Part shown: positions 36,663-46,250 of the stretch, in pieces
Position numbering within the stretch: position 1 is the first letter of the stretch
How the letters are laid out: every line of letters begins with the position of its first letter
NCBI GenBank assembly: GCA_007134675.1
Contig: SLKJ01000006.1
Coordinates: forward strand, 1-63,868
From: Bacteroidales bacterium
Lineage (GTDB): Bacteria; Bacteroidota; Bacteroidia; Bacteroidales; PUMT01
DNA: 63,868 nt
Direction of reading: 5' to 3'
Notes under the pieces: model-generated
Databases searched by the model: none
Seen by the model: only the letters and a program-made list of their open reading frames with translations
Told to the model about the DNA's origin: nothing
Position numbers and translations under genes: made by a program

Positions 36663-37799
36663 CTATGATAACGCCAGAGAAAGCTCTTCAATCAGATCTT
36701 CAGAATCCTCTATCCCGACCGATAATCTTACCAGGTCATTTGTAATACCAATTGCCATTCTTTGTTTTTCAGGAATGGAGCCATGGGTCATAACAGCCGG
36801 GTAGTTTATAAGAGATTCAACCCCGCCAAGGCTTTCAGCAAGAGTTATGATTTTGAGTTTTTTAAAAAATTCATTTGCTCTCTTAAGATTACCATCTTTC
36901 ATTTTGAAAGATACCATCCCTCCGAACCCGTTCATCTGCCTGCGGGCCAGTTCGTGGTAGGGACTTGTTGGCAGTCCCGGATAGTATACCTCCGAAACGG
37001 CCGGATGCTTTTCAAGAAAACCAGATATTTTCAGGGCATTCTCCTCGTGTTGTTTCATGCGTATCGCGAGTGTTTTAATACCTCTCAGCATAAGCCAGCT
37101 GTCAAATGCCCCTGGAATGGCCCCTATGGCATTCTGTAGAAATTTCAATTTGCCGTACCATTCTTCATCATTTACCACCAATGCTCCTCCAATAAGGTCA
37201 CTGTGACCTCCTATATATTTTGTGGTACTGTGCACTACCAGACTGGCCCCCAATAGCAAAGGCTGCTGGAAACAGGGAGTTGCAAAGGTATTGTCAATTA
37301 CAAGCCTTATATTGTTCCTGCCGGCAATTTCTGACACGGCTTTGATATCAATAAGATGTATTAACGGGTTTGTTGGTGATTCGATCCAGAACAACTTTGT
37401 ATTCTGCTTGACCGCAGACTCAAATTCGGCCGCATCCCACCCCACATAACTGAATTCCAGTCCGAGAGGCTTAAATACATCTTCAAACAGGCGGTACGTT
37501 CCCCCGTACATGTCACTGCATGCTACTACATGATCGCCGGGAGTGAGCGTGGAGAGAACTGCGTGTTCGGCTGCCATGCCTGATGAAAAGGCAAGGGCGA
37601 AAGGGCCGTTTTCAAGCGCAGCTAAACTGTCTTCCAGAGCTTTACGAGTGGGGTTACCTGTTCTGCTGTATTCAAAGCCCTGATGGACGGCCACTTCTTC
37701 TTGTCTGTATGTTGAAGTCAGATATAATGGAGTGATTACAGCTCCGGTACTTTTGTCATGCTCGAGCCCTGCATGTATTACCTTCGTTTTGAATTGCAT
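36663..37799 (-). CDS. Cys/Met-metabolism PLP enzyme (cystathionine gamma-lyase/synthase family, MccB/MetB-like)
   Basis: 378 aa. TPLYLTSTY and STTKYIGGHSD (PLP-lysine) motifs. Confidence 0.85.
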   Translation of the reverse strand: MQFKTKVIHAGLEHDKSTGAVITPLYLTSTYRQEEVAVHQGFEYSRTGNPTRKALEDSLAALENGPFALAFSSGMAAEHAVLSTLTPGDHVVACSDMYGGTYRLFEDVFKPLGLEFSYVGWDAAEFESAVKQNTKLFWIESPTNPLIHLIDIKAVSEIAGRNNIRLVIDNTFATPCFQQPLLLGASLVVHSTTKYIGGHSDLIGGALVVNDEEWYGKLKFLQNAIGAIPGAFDSWLMLRGIKTLAIRMKQHEENALKISGFLEKHPAVSEVYYPGLPTSPYHELARRQMNGFGGMVSFKMKDGNLKRANEFFKKLKIITLAESLGGVESLINYPAVMTHGSIPEKQRMAIGITNDLVRLSVGIEDSEDLIEELSLALS

Positions 37800-37902
37800 G
37801 GTATTATTATTTTAAGGTTTAATATAGCTTTCATTTTTTGTGGTTTTTTATTTTTTGCCCGGACAGCCTGTTTACATATTACAGTAATATTATTGAATAA
37901 GA

Positions 37903-38886
37903 TTAACCGGAAGGGATACCGTCAATTAAAAGATCTTTTTCCTTTAGCCACGAATCGTCGAACATTTTTGTAAGGTACTTGTTTCCTGTATCACATACAA
38001 AGGTGACAACATTCTTTGGTACAGACTGTTCCCGGCAATATTTTAATGCCGCAGCCAGGAGGGTTCCAGATGAAGAACCGGCCAGTATTCCTTCCTTGCT
38101 AAGCAACTCCCTGGCTTTGGAAAAGCTTTCTGTGTCACTTATGGTATATGCTTTCCTTACGAGAGCAAAGTCTGCAATGGGAGGTATAAAATCCTCGCCA
38201 ATCCCCTCAACCAGCCATGATCCGGCATCACCATAACTGCCGGTGTCTGCATAATCCTTGATCACTGAACCGGCAGGATCGGCAATTATCATCTCTACAT
38301 CGGGTTTAACTTTTTTAAAATATCTGGTCAACCCTGTCATAGTGCCTGAAGACCCTATTCCGCAGACAATTGTATCTATATTACCTTTAAGCTGCCTGAA
38401 GATCTCCGGTCCTGTCGTTCTCTCATGTGCCAGGGGATTTGCTTGGTTTCCAAACTGGTTGACATAATATGAATTCCTTGTTTCTGAGGCAATTTGTTCT
38501 GCCATATCCTGGTAATATTCCGGGTGCCCTTTGTTGACATCCGAGCGGGTTATTATTACTTCTGCCCCCATGGCTTGCAGATGAAGTATCTTTTCTTTGC
38601 TCATTTTATCAGGGATAACAAGGAGTAATCTGTACCCTTTTACAGCAGCAACCAGTGCCAGTCCCAGTCCGGTGTTGCCTGCAGTGGCTTCGACAAGTAC
38701 TGAGCCAGGACTGATCAGCCCCTCCTTCTCAGCCTGATTTATCATCGAAAGGGCTATCCTGTCCTTAACTGATCCACCGGGATTTCTGTCTTCAAGTTTC
38801 AGAAAGAGGTTACATACCCCGGTATCAAGTCGGGATACCCGAATAACCGGAGTATTTCCTATTAGATCTAGAATTGAATTTTTCAT
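37903..38886 (-). CDS. Cysteine synthase / cystathionine beta-synthase family PLP enzyme (MccA/CysK-like)
   Basis: 327 aa. IGNTPV, NPGGSVKDR (PLP lysine) and GSSGT motifs. No CBS-pair domain. Confidence 0.85.
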   Translation of the reverse strand: MKNSILDLIGNTPVIRVSRLDTGVCNLFLKLEDRNPGGSVKDRIALSMINQAEKEGLISPGSVLVEATAGNTGLGLALVAAVKGYRLLLVIPDKMSKEKILHLQAMGAEVIITRSDVNKGHPEYYQDMAEQIASETRNSYYVNQFGNQANPLAHERTTGPEIFRQLKGNIDTIVCGIGSSGTMTGLTRYFKKVKPDVEMIIADPAGSVIKDYADTGSYGDAGSWLVEGIGEDFIPPIADFALVRKAYTISDTESFSKARELLSKEGILAGSSSGTLLAAALKYCREQSVPKNVVTFVCDTGNKYLTKMFDDSWLKEKDLLIDGIPSG

Positions 38887-38928
38887 GGAATATTAAATTA
38901 AAAAGCCCTTCAGTTGGCTGAGGGGCTT
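38887..38928 (-). promoter_or_regulatory. Terminator-like leader hairpin immediately upstream of the cysK/mccA-like gene
   Basis: On the minus strand, AAGCCCCTCAG-ccaa-CTGAAGGGCTT (38928-38903), then TTTAATTTAATATTCC and the ATG. No upstream minus-strand gene exists for it to terminate. Confidence 0.5.
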
Positions 38929-39130
38929 AGTGTGACAATATCAAATGAGAATTTTTATCCGGATTGAACAGAGGCCTCCCAACACCCTGAAGTATTGTAT
39001 AAGCAGCAACAGATGCAAAGGTATTGAGCGTATTCTGGCATTAAGGAATCTGATTATTGTAATAAACAAATGTAATAAATTCTATGTTGTAAATTTAAAC
39101 CTTCATGTTATTTAGATTAAATTTATTTCC

Positions 39131-40999
39131 ATGTTATTGAAAAAACAGCATATTCCTGCTCTGTTGAGTGCTTTCATGCTGGTCGCCGGCCTTGTTCTTA
39201 ACTTTGCAAGGGTTGATCTTTTTTCTGAAAAGGTTCAGCTTTTCTGGTATTTGTCCGCCTATGTACCGGTCGGCGTACCGGTTGTGAAAAGAGCCATTGA
39301 TGAGCTTTTCAAACTGGATTTTGCCAATGAGTTCTTCCTTATGTCTGTGGCCACCATCGGGGCATTTGCCATAGGTGAGTATGCAGAGGCAGTCGCCGTG
39401 ATGCTTTTCTATGAGATTGGTGAATTATTGCAGAAGGATGCTGTAGACCGGGCAAGGGGAAATATCAGGGCTCTTCTGGACCTGCGTCCGGCGACTGCTG
39501 CTTTGAGGAGAAAAGGTGAGTGGATCAATGTCAATCCTGAAGATGTTGCGATCGGCGACCTTATTATGGTAAAACCCGGGGAGAAATTTCCCCTGGACGG
39601 AAAGCTGATTTCAGAGAGTGCCACGGTTAATACTGCTGCCATTACCGGTGAAAGCCGGCCCAAAGGAGTATATAAAGGAGAAACGGTACTTGCCGGCTCC
39701 ATTAATATCGAAGGTGTGTCTGAAATGCAGGTAACCCGGGCCTACAGCGACAGCTCTCTTTCACGGATACTGAAGATGGTTGAGGAAGCCAATCTCAGGA
39801 AAGCTCCCACCGAAAGGTTCATGCGAAGATTTGCCAGGTATTACACACCTGTGGTTATGTCCATGGCCCTGATGATCACTTTTATCCCGGCACTTATCGT
39901 GGAAAGTTATCTGTTTTCAGACTGGGTTTACCGTGCATTCGTTTTTCTTGTTATAGCCTGTCCATGTGCACTCTATGTCTCTATTCCCCTTGGTTATTTC
40001 GGAGGAATAGGTGCAGCTTCTAAAAACGGTATTCTTTTCAAGGGAGCCGATTATCTTGACAGGCTCAGAAACCTTCACTCAATACTGATAGATAAGACAG
40101 GCACACTGACAAAAGGGAGTTTTTCAGTCACAGATATCAGGCCTGTCGGGATCAGGGTTGAGGAGCTTTTGTATCTCACTGCTGCCCTGGAAAGCCGTTC
40201 AACCCATCCGGTTGCAAGGGCTATAACCGGATATGCAGGGATACCGGAAAAAATACCGGAAATTGAGAAGGTAAATGAGATTCCGGCCATGGGAATGGAG
40301 GGAAGGGTAAATGGCAGGCTTGTTATGTCAGGTAGCAATAAGCTGATGGAAAGGTCGGGAATTGAAATTCCTGCTGAAACCATAAATATCCCTTTTACAA
40401 TAATCCATACTGCCATAGATAATAAGTATGCCGGATATTTTGTGCTGGCGGATGAAATACATGAGAATAGCAGGGCCGCAGTAGAAAAACTGCACAGGCT
40501 GGGAGTCAGGGAAGTTGTTATGCTATCTGGCGATAAGGATAGTATAACAAAAGCAGTGGCTTCAGATCTTGGAATTGATCATGCCCGGGGGGATCTCCTT
40601 CCGGAGGAGAAAGCGGCTATTGTAAAACAGTATGTTGATCGTGCAAAAGGAATTGTAGCCTTTGCCGGTGACGGAATAAACGATGCGCCCTCCTTAGCTG
40701 AGGCTGATACTGGCATAGCTATGGGAGCAATGGGCAGTGATCTGGCAATAGAGACTGCCGACGTGGTTATTCAGACCGATCAGCCCTCAAAGATAGCAGA
40801 GGCAGTTCAGGTGGCGCGGGAGACCAGCCGAATAGTGTGGCAGAATATCTGGATGGTATTTATTGTCAAGGCACTGTTTCTGGGGCTCGGGGCTATGGGC
40901 CTGGCCGGCATGTGGGAAGCGGTGTTTGCCGACATGGGCGTTGCCCTTGCTGCCATCTTCAATGCTATCAGAATTCAGAGAAAAAAGATTTCAACATGA
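39131..40999 (+). CDS. Heavy-metal translocating P-type ATPase (P1B, Zn/Cd/Pb-like)
   Basis: 622 aa. CPC in TM6 (IACPCAL), DKTGTLT, STHPVA and GDGINDAP. The protein starts directly with TM helices, with no N-terminal CxxC metal-binding domain. Confidence 0.88.
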   Translation: MLLKKQHIPALLSAFMLVAGLVLNFARVDLFSEKVQLFWYLSAYVPVGVPVVKRAIDELFKLDFANEFFLMSVATIGAFAIGEYAEAVAVMLFYEIGELLQKDAVDRARGNIRALLDLRPATAALRRKGEWINVNPEDVAIGDLIMVKPGEKFPLDGKLISESATVNTAAITGESRPKGVYKGETVLAGSINIEGVSEMQVTRAYSDSSLSRILKMVEEANLRKAPTERFMRRFARYYTPVVMSMALMITFIPALIVESYLFSDWVYRAFVFLVIACPCALYVSIPLGYFGGIGAASKNGILFKGADYLDRLRNLHSILIDKTGTLTKGSFSVTDIRPVGIRVEELLYLTAALESRSTHPVARAITGYAGIPEKIPEIEKVNEIPAMGMEGRVNGRLVMSGSNKLMERSGIEIPAETINIPFTIIHTAIDNKYAGYFVLADEIHENSRAAVEKLHRLGVREVVMLSGDKDSITKAVASDLGIDHARGDLLPEEKAAIVKQYVDRAKGIVAFAGDGINDAPSLAEADTGIAMGAMGSDLAIETADVVIQTDQPSKIAEAVQVARETSRIVWQNIWMVFIVKALFLGLGAMGLAGMWEAVFADMGVALAAIFNAIRIQRKKIST

Positions 41000-41072
41000 A
41001 TAGCTTCCTTTTAAAAAGATGACCCGGGTATAATATGAAGTTATTTCCAAAAAACCGGAGTATAGTATGGGG

Positions 41073-42833
41073 TTAAGCCGGGTTTTTTCTCAGGGAAAAG
41101 AAGAATTCCAATCCGCCTTCATCTCGGTTTTTGACCGATATATCGCCCTGATGAAACAAAACAGCGTTTTTGATTATCGCCAGTCCGAGTCCGGTCCCTC
41201 CCGACTTTCTGCTGCGCCCCTTATCTACCCTGTAGAAACGTTCAAATACCCTTCCTATGTGGTCTTCGGGGATACCGGAGCCGGTGTCGTAATATGAAAA
41301 ATAATAGTAATTCTCATCTTCAAAATAGCATTTGAGGCTGACGGAAATGTTATTACCGGCATGGATTATGGTGTTTTCAAAAAGGTTCTGAAAAATGGAA
41401 TATATAAGCGAGTAATTTCCTTTAACGGTAATCTGGTCGCTGATATTGATATCTGTCGAAATAACCTTTTCCTTCAGTTTTGACTCAAGGTTTTCCGTTA
41501 TCTCCTTTACAATTTTATTTATTTTGATATTCTCGTTGTCAATTGTTACAGCTCCCTCTTCAATCCTGTTTAGCACCGAAATGTCGGATATGAGTTCAGA
41601 CAATCTTACTGCCTGCCTGAAAGCTTTTTCAATAAAATATGTCTGTTTGTTTGTATCCATGTCTTTCGTATTTGTAAGGGTTTCAAGGTAGCCGGTAATT
41701 GAGCTTACGGGTGTCCTTAATTCATGTGCAATATTGCTGGTAAGCTGTTGTTTTATGTTTTTCTCCTGCTCTGCGGATGTAATATCATTTACCGAAATTT
41801 CAAAGGTTTTGTCGGAAAAAATAATCACATGCACGGAAAAATATTTACCTCTTTTATGTATGGAGAAAGATTTTGCGGGCAGCTCAGTTTGAAGAAATGC
41901 AACATCTTCAGCCAGGTTTTTGTCAATAAAAGAGTTTGCCTCACTGAATTCCGCTATAATGAACACCTGTTCCGGATTAAGGGCAGGCTTGTCTGAAATG
42001 AAATTGATATTTTGAATAAAGAGGCTGTTTGACAGTATTTTCGTCTTCCGTGCCGAAAATATGGCAATCCCTTCCCTTGAAATGTACAGATGTCTTATAA
42101 GCTTTTCCTTTTCCATATTTATGGCATCCCTTGTACTTTTCAGATTGTCATATATGCTTACTATCTGTTTGCTTATTGTTCCCAGCTCATTATTGGGGAA
42201 TTCAATACCGGGATCAATTTGTTCATCTCTTGCAGCCTTAAGCGCAAAATCCTTCAATTTTGAAAGTGTTTTACCGAATTTTCCTGAAATATATACCAGT
42301 AGAAGTGATATCAGGAAAAACAGTGCAATAATTGCTATCAGGAACATTTTTTCGGCTTGCAGGAACGATATGATATCCAAATCATAGTCAATCGCAGTGC
42401 GCACAAAATAGTTTTCATATTGTTTTGCATAGTAGTAGTAGGGAGAGCCTGTTGTTGCAGATTTACGGATATCTGTGCCGTACTCATCATAGATGCCGTT
42501 TTTTATTTCCGGCCGGTCCAAGTGATTTTCCATCTGGTGATGTTTTTCCACATCGCTGTCATACAGGATTTCGCCTTTGAGATCTATTATGGTGATCCTC
42601 AAATTTTCCCTGCCTATGATTTGGTGAATCGAGTCCAGCAGAAAGTATTTATCATTTTCGTAAATGAGGTTCTGTCTGATAAAATTGTTTAATAGCTCAT
42701 TATAATTATCCAGATTGCTGTTTAGCTTTTCTGTTTTGAATTTTTTTTCCCTGTTAAACTGAAGCAAAGTTATTGCAATGGTAAAAGCTGCAAAAACCAT
42801 AAAGAAATAGAGGAAGAGCTTTTTTCTGTACAT
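41073..42833 (-). CDS. Sensor histidine kinase (PhoR-like by context)
   Basis: 586 aa. Two TM segments flank a periplasmic domain; HisKA H-box AHELRTPVSSI; HATPase N/G boxes (DTGSGI, GGTGLGLAI). Confidence 0.85.
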   Translation of the reverse strand: MYRKKLFLYFFMVFAAFTIAITLLQFNREKKFKTEKLNSNLDNYNELLNNFIRQNLIYENDKYFLLDSIHQIIGRENLRITIIDLKGEILYDSDVEKHHQMENHLDRPEIKNGIYDEYGTDIRKSATTGSPYYYYAKQYENYFVRTAIDYDLDIISFLQAEKMFLIAIIALFFLISLLLVYISGKFGKTLSKLKDFALKAARDEQIDPGIEFPNNELGTISKQIVSIYDNLKSTRDAINMEKEKLIRHLYISREGIAIFSARKTKILSNSLFIQNINFISDKPALNPEQVFIIAEFSEANSFIDKNLAEDVAFLQTELPAKSFSIHKRGKYFSVHVIIFSDKTFEISVNDITSAEQEKNIKQQLTSNIAHELRTPVSSITGYLETLTNTKDMDTNKQTYFIEKAFRQAVRLSELISDISVLNRIEEGAVTIDNENIKINKIVKEITENLESKLKEKVISTDINISDQITVKGNYSLIYSIFQNLFENTIIHAGNNISVSLKCYFEDENYYYFSYYDTGSGIPEDHIGRVFERFYRVDKGRSRKSGGTGLGLAIIKNAVLFHQGDISVKNRDEGGLEFFFSLRKNPA

Positions 42834-43053
42834 AGGTTTGCATTTTAAATTAATCCATCTTACCTGGTTAATTCATAAACTAAAAAACACCACTGATCCT
42901 TTCAGCTTTGGAGCCGGTCATGGTTTTTATCGCAAAGATGGCGGTGTGCTGAATGTCAATATTATAAGAATATTTATGAATTAATGAGGCTATTCTTATG
43001 CAAAGTAAAAGTAAATATCATCTGCAGAATACGGCCCGATCCATTTCAGAAGG

Positions 43054-43746
43054 TTACTGAATCTCCATATAATAACCGTAACCTGGTCTGCTGCAAATCA
43101 TTTTCCCGTATTCGCCCAGTTTTTTCCTGAGTCTTGTTATATGCACATCAACAGTCCGGAGGTTTACAACAACCTCATATTTCCAAACACGATCAAGTAT
43201 TTCCTCCCTTGAATATATCCTTTCATTTTTGTCCATCAGTAAATGAAGTATCTCAAATTCCTTTTTGGTAAGATCCACCCTTTTGTTGTCAACGGTTAAT
43301 CTTTTACGCTCCAGGTCCAGTTCCAATTCCTTTAATCTTATTTTTTTCTCAAAATGCACCGATCTTATGCCAGCCCGCTGGATCACCGCCTTTACCCTTG
43401 CAATAAGCTCTTTTACTGAGAAGGGTTTGGCAATGTAGTCATCTGCTCCAAGGCTGAAACCCGTTAAGGTATTTTCTTCACCGTCTTTTGCGGTTATAAA
43501 GAGAATAGGAACAGTAAGCCTCATCTCCTGTCTTATCATTTTCGCCAGCTTGAATCCGGATATTTTACCCATCATCACATCAAGCAGGATAAGCTGATAT
43601 GATTTGATGTTCTTTTTAAGGGCTTCCTCTGCCGAATATGCAACTTCAACCTCAAACCCCTCGCCTTCAAGGTTGAATTGAAGAATTTCACAAAGATCTT
43701 CTTCGTCGTCGATAACCAGGATCCTTATCGCCATATTATTAGTCAC
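43054..43746 (-). CDS. OmpR/PhoB-family response regulator (phosphate regulon by context)
   Basis: 230 aa. Receiver domain (ILVIDDEED...LLDVMM) plus a winged-helix output domain. The likely true start is MAIRIL at 43731. Confidence 0.87.
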   Translation of the reverse strand: MTNNMAIRILVIDDEEDLCEILQFNLEGEGFEVEVAYSAEEALKKNIKSYQLILLDVMMGKISGFKLAKMIRQEMRLTVPILFITAKDGEENTLTGFSLGADDYIAKPFSVKELIARVKAVIQRAGIRSVHFEKKIRLKELELDLERKRLTVDNKRVDLTKKEFEILHLLMDKNERIYSREEILDRVWKYEVVVNLRTVDVHITRLRKKLGEYGKMICSRPGYGYYMEIQ

Positions 43747-44464
43747 TCTGGTCTGAAGGGTTGTCTTCCAGTCCTTTAATTGTCCGGATATCTGAATGAC
43801 GAACGTCCTCCCCTTTTAAATAGTATATTGATGATTCGGCAATATTTGTAGAATGATCAGCTATTCTTTCAATGTTTGAAACTATGGTTTTTATGTTAAT
43901 AAAAGTACTGATTGTTTGTGGGCCCTGGAAATTTTTTGTATTCTTTTTTAATATTTTTTTTATCATTTTTTTATTGATCTTATCCACAATATCATCATTT
44001 TTTAATGTCCATATTGCATATTCAATGTCACTGTTTAAAAAGGATAAAACTGATTTTTCCACCATATGATTTGTAATTGTAAACATATTGGATATTTCAT
44101 CCATATACACATTTATAATGGATTGCGGCTTCATTTCAGAGAGTATTCTTAAGATTTTAAGGGATATGTCGCCTATGCGCTCCAGATTTATTGATAACCT
44201 GTAGCATGCAATGATTTTTCTGAGATCAGACGCCACAGGCTTGTGCAGACTGATAATATTGATAAATTCATCGCTTATCTTAATTTCGAGGTTATCTATT
44301 TCCTTTTCCGTTTTACTGAATTCTTCAATTTTACCAGTTTCGATTTCCAGTTCAGGAGCACTAAGGAAATTGTCCAGTTCCCGAAGTTGCTGCAGTATCA
44401 GTTCCGACATCCTTTCCACATCATCCTGGATGAGTTGAATGGCATTGTTTTTTTTGATGGTCAT
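43739..44464 (-). CDS. phoU: Phosphate signalling complex protein PhoU
   Basis: 241 aa. Two PhoU repeats with ERIGD/ERIADH motifs, directly downstream of pstB. Confidence 0.88.
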   Translation of the reverse strand: MTIKKNNAIQLIQDDVERMSELILQQLRELDNFLSAPELEIETGKIEEFSKTEKEIDNLEIKISDEFINIISLHKPVASDLRKIIACYRLSINLERIGDISLKILRILSEMKPQSIINVYMDEISNMFTITNHMVEKSVLSFLNSDIEYAIWTLKNDDIVDKINKKMIKKILKKNTKNFQGPQTISTFINIKTIVSNIERIADHSTNIAESSIYYLKGEDVRHSDIRTIKGLEDNPSDQSD

Positions 44465-44483
44465 GTATTATTAAAAATTAATA

Positions 44484-45332
44484 TTAACCGAATTTTCCTG
44501 TCAGGTACTCTTCAGTTCTCTTGTTTACCGGGTTTGTGAAAATTTTTCCCGTTTCCCCGAACTCCACCAGTTCTCCAAGGTAGAAGAAACCGGTATTGTC
44601 GCTCACCCTTCCCGCTTGTTGCATGTTGTGTGTTACTATGACAATTGCATAATTTTTTTTCAATTCATGTATCAGGTCCTCGATCTTTGAAGATGACTGT
44701 GGATCAAGGGAACTGGTGGGCTCATCCATCAGTATCACTTCAGGTTCAATGGCAAGTGCCCTTGCAATGGAAAGCCTTTGCTGCTGGCCGCCGGACAGGC
44801 TGCCACCCGGATCGGTGAGGCGGTCTTTTACCTCCTCAAACAATGCTGCCTGGCGCAGGGCCTTTTCGCAAACTTCATTGAGAAGTTTCCTGTTGTTGAT
44901 TCCCACAAGCTTAAGACCGGCAACTACATTATTGAAAATAGACATTGTAGGAAAAGGGGTGGGTTTCTGGAAAACCATTCCTATTTTCCTTCTGATCGTA
45001 ACCGGATTTACTTTAGGACCGTAGATATTGTAGCCATCCAGAAGAACTTCTCCGGTTATAACTGCACTTCTTGTCAGATCGTGCATTCTGTTCAACGCCC
45101 TTAAAAAAGTTGTCTTACCACATCCTGAGGGCCCGATAAGTGCAGTGACACTTTCGTTGTAAATAGGTAATGAAATGTTTTTCACACCGGTTACCTGCCC
45201 GTATTTAACAGTCAGGTCTTTGGATTCCATGCGGACAAGGGGTGACCCGTTCGAAGGCCCATCCGTTTTTACAATTTCTTCTTGTGACAGCATTCTTTCT
45301 TGCCTGTTTTTATTTTTTACCAATAACTTCAT
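44484..45332 (-). CDS. pstB: Phosphate ABC transporter ATP-binding protein PstB
   Basis: Walker [10 protein letters not shown], signature LSGGQQQRL, Walker B ILMDEPTS. The true start may be internal (45293 or 45230). Confidence 0.92.
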   Translation of the reverse strand: MKLLVKNKNRQERMLSQEEIVKTDGPSNGSPLVRMESKDLTVKYGQVTGVKNISLPIYNESVTALIGPSGCGKTTFLRALNRMHDLTRSAVITGEVLLDGYNIYGPKVNPVTIRRKIGMVFQKPTPFPTMSIFNNVVAGLKLVGINNRKLLNEVCEKALRQAALFEEVKDRLTDPGGSLSGGQQQRLSIARALAIEPEVILMDEPTSSLDPQSSSKIEDLIHELKKNYAIVIVTHNMQQAGRVSDNTGFFYLGELVEFGETGKIFTNPVNKRTEEYLTGKFG

Positions 45333-45368
45333 GCGTACAAATCAGTTTAGTAATCAGTTGCTTGATAT

Positions 45369-46250
45369 TCAGGTTTTTATTTTTTGTCTGGTTAAAAATC
45401 GTGCAGCTATAAATAATATCATTACAAATGTAAGCAATATAATGCCTGCGGCCCAGCCCATTTCATGCCACTCCTTGTAGGGACTGATGGCCAGGCTGTA
45501 GAGTCTTTGAGGCAGGGTGTCAACGGGCCCCAGTATCATATTTGACCAGTGATTTGGCAGATAGTTGCTTCCAAAAGAAGTAAACATAAGCGGGGCAGCC
45601 TCACCGGCAGCGCGTGCAAATCCAATGAGAAACCCTGTTACCAGTCCGGTTCGTGCAGCAGGCATAACAGTGGAAAGTATCACACGCCAGCGGGGCAGGC
45701 CAATTGCCAGTGCTGCTTCACGAATGGTCCAAGGAATGTTCATAAGGGCGCTTTCGGTAGATCTTGCAATGATGGGGATCATTACAAAGGCTAGTGCAAC
45801 CCCTCCCGCCAAACCTGAAAATGTCCCCATCGGTTTCACGACCAGGGAAAATGCCAGCAACCCTTTCAATACTGCAGGCATCCCGTTAAGTGTATCATTC
45901 AGTATCCTTAACACAGGGTTAAGTTTGTGATCAGGGTATTCGGAAAGCATAATCCCGGCACCAAGTCCCAGTGGGGCGGCAATCAGAATTGCCAGCAGGT
46001 CAACCACAGCCGTGCCCAGTATGGTGTGTACCAGGCCAGTTGGCCTGCCTTGCATTGCACGGGCAGGTGAACCCAGTTCCTGGGTGAACAGGTCCCAGTT
46101 TAAAGCTCCGGCACCATTGATTATCACATACCCGACAATTATAAGCAACGGTACCATGACGACCAATGTACTGATCATCAGAAGCCCCAAAATAAAGTGG
46201 TCCCAAATGGTTCGCTGTCTCAGGGACTTTTGATCATAAACACGTCTCAT
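45369..46250 (-). CDS. pstA: Phosphate ABC transporter permease PstA
   Basis: 293 aa, 6-TM permease with an EAA-like loop (REAALAIGLPRW). Overlaps the pstC stop by 4 nt. Confidence 0.9.
   Translation of the reverse strand: MRRVYDQKSLRQRTIWDHFILGLLMISTLVVMVPLLIIVGYVIINGAGALNWDLFTQELGSPARAMQGRPTGLVHTILGTAVVDLLAILIAAPLGLGAGIMLSEYPDHKLNPVLRILNDTLNGMPAVLKGLLAFSLVVKPMGTFSGLAGGVALAFVMIPIIARSTESALMNIPWTIREAALAIGLPRWRVILSTVMPAARTGLVTGFLIGFARAAGEAAPLMFTSFGSNYLPNHWSNMILGPVDTLPQRLYSLAISPYKEWHEMGWAAGIILLTFVMILFIAARFLTRQKIKT

Noticed and set aside
39035-39047. 13-mer CTGGCATTAAGGA shared between the cysK/ATPase spacer (39035-39047) and the pstS/peptidase spacer (48691-48703)
   Set aside because: The flanks are unrelated. 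A single 13-nt coincidence among several kb of spacer on two strands is within chance, and there is no second motif or consistent distance to genes.
38930-39060. SAM-I / SAM-II riboswitch in the transsulfuration operon leader
   Set aside because: I could not find the conserved GAGGGA...GGCCC...GCAACC...GGUGC-AA-UCC core (SAM-I) or the AAAGCU pseudoknot signature (SAM-II) on the coding strand. Isolated words such as CAATCC and GGGAGGCC are in the wrong order.
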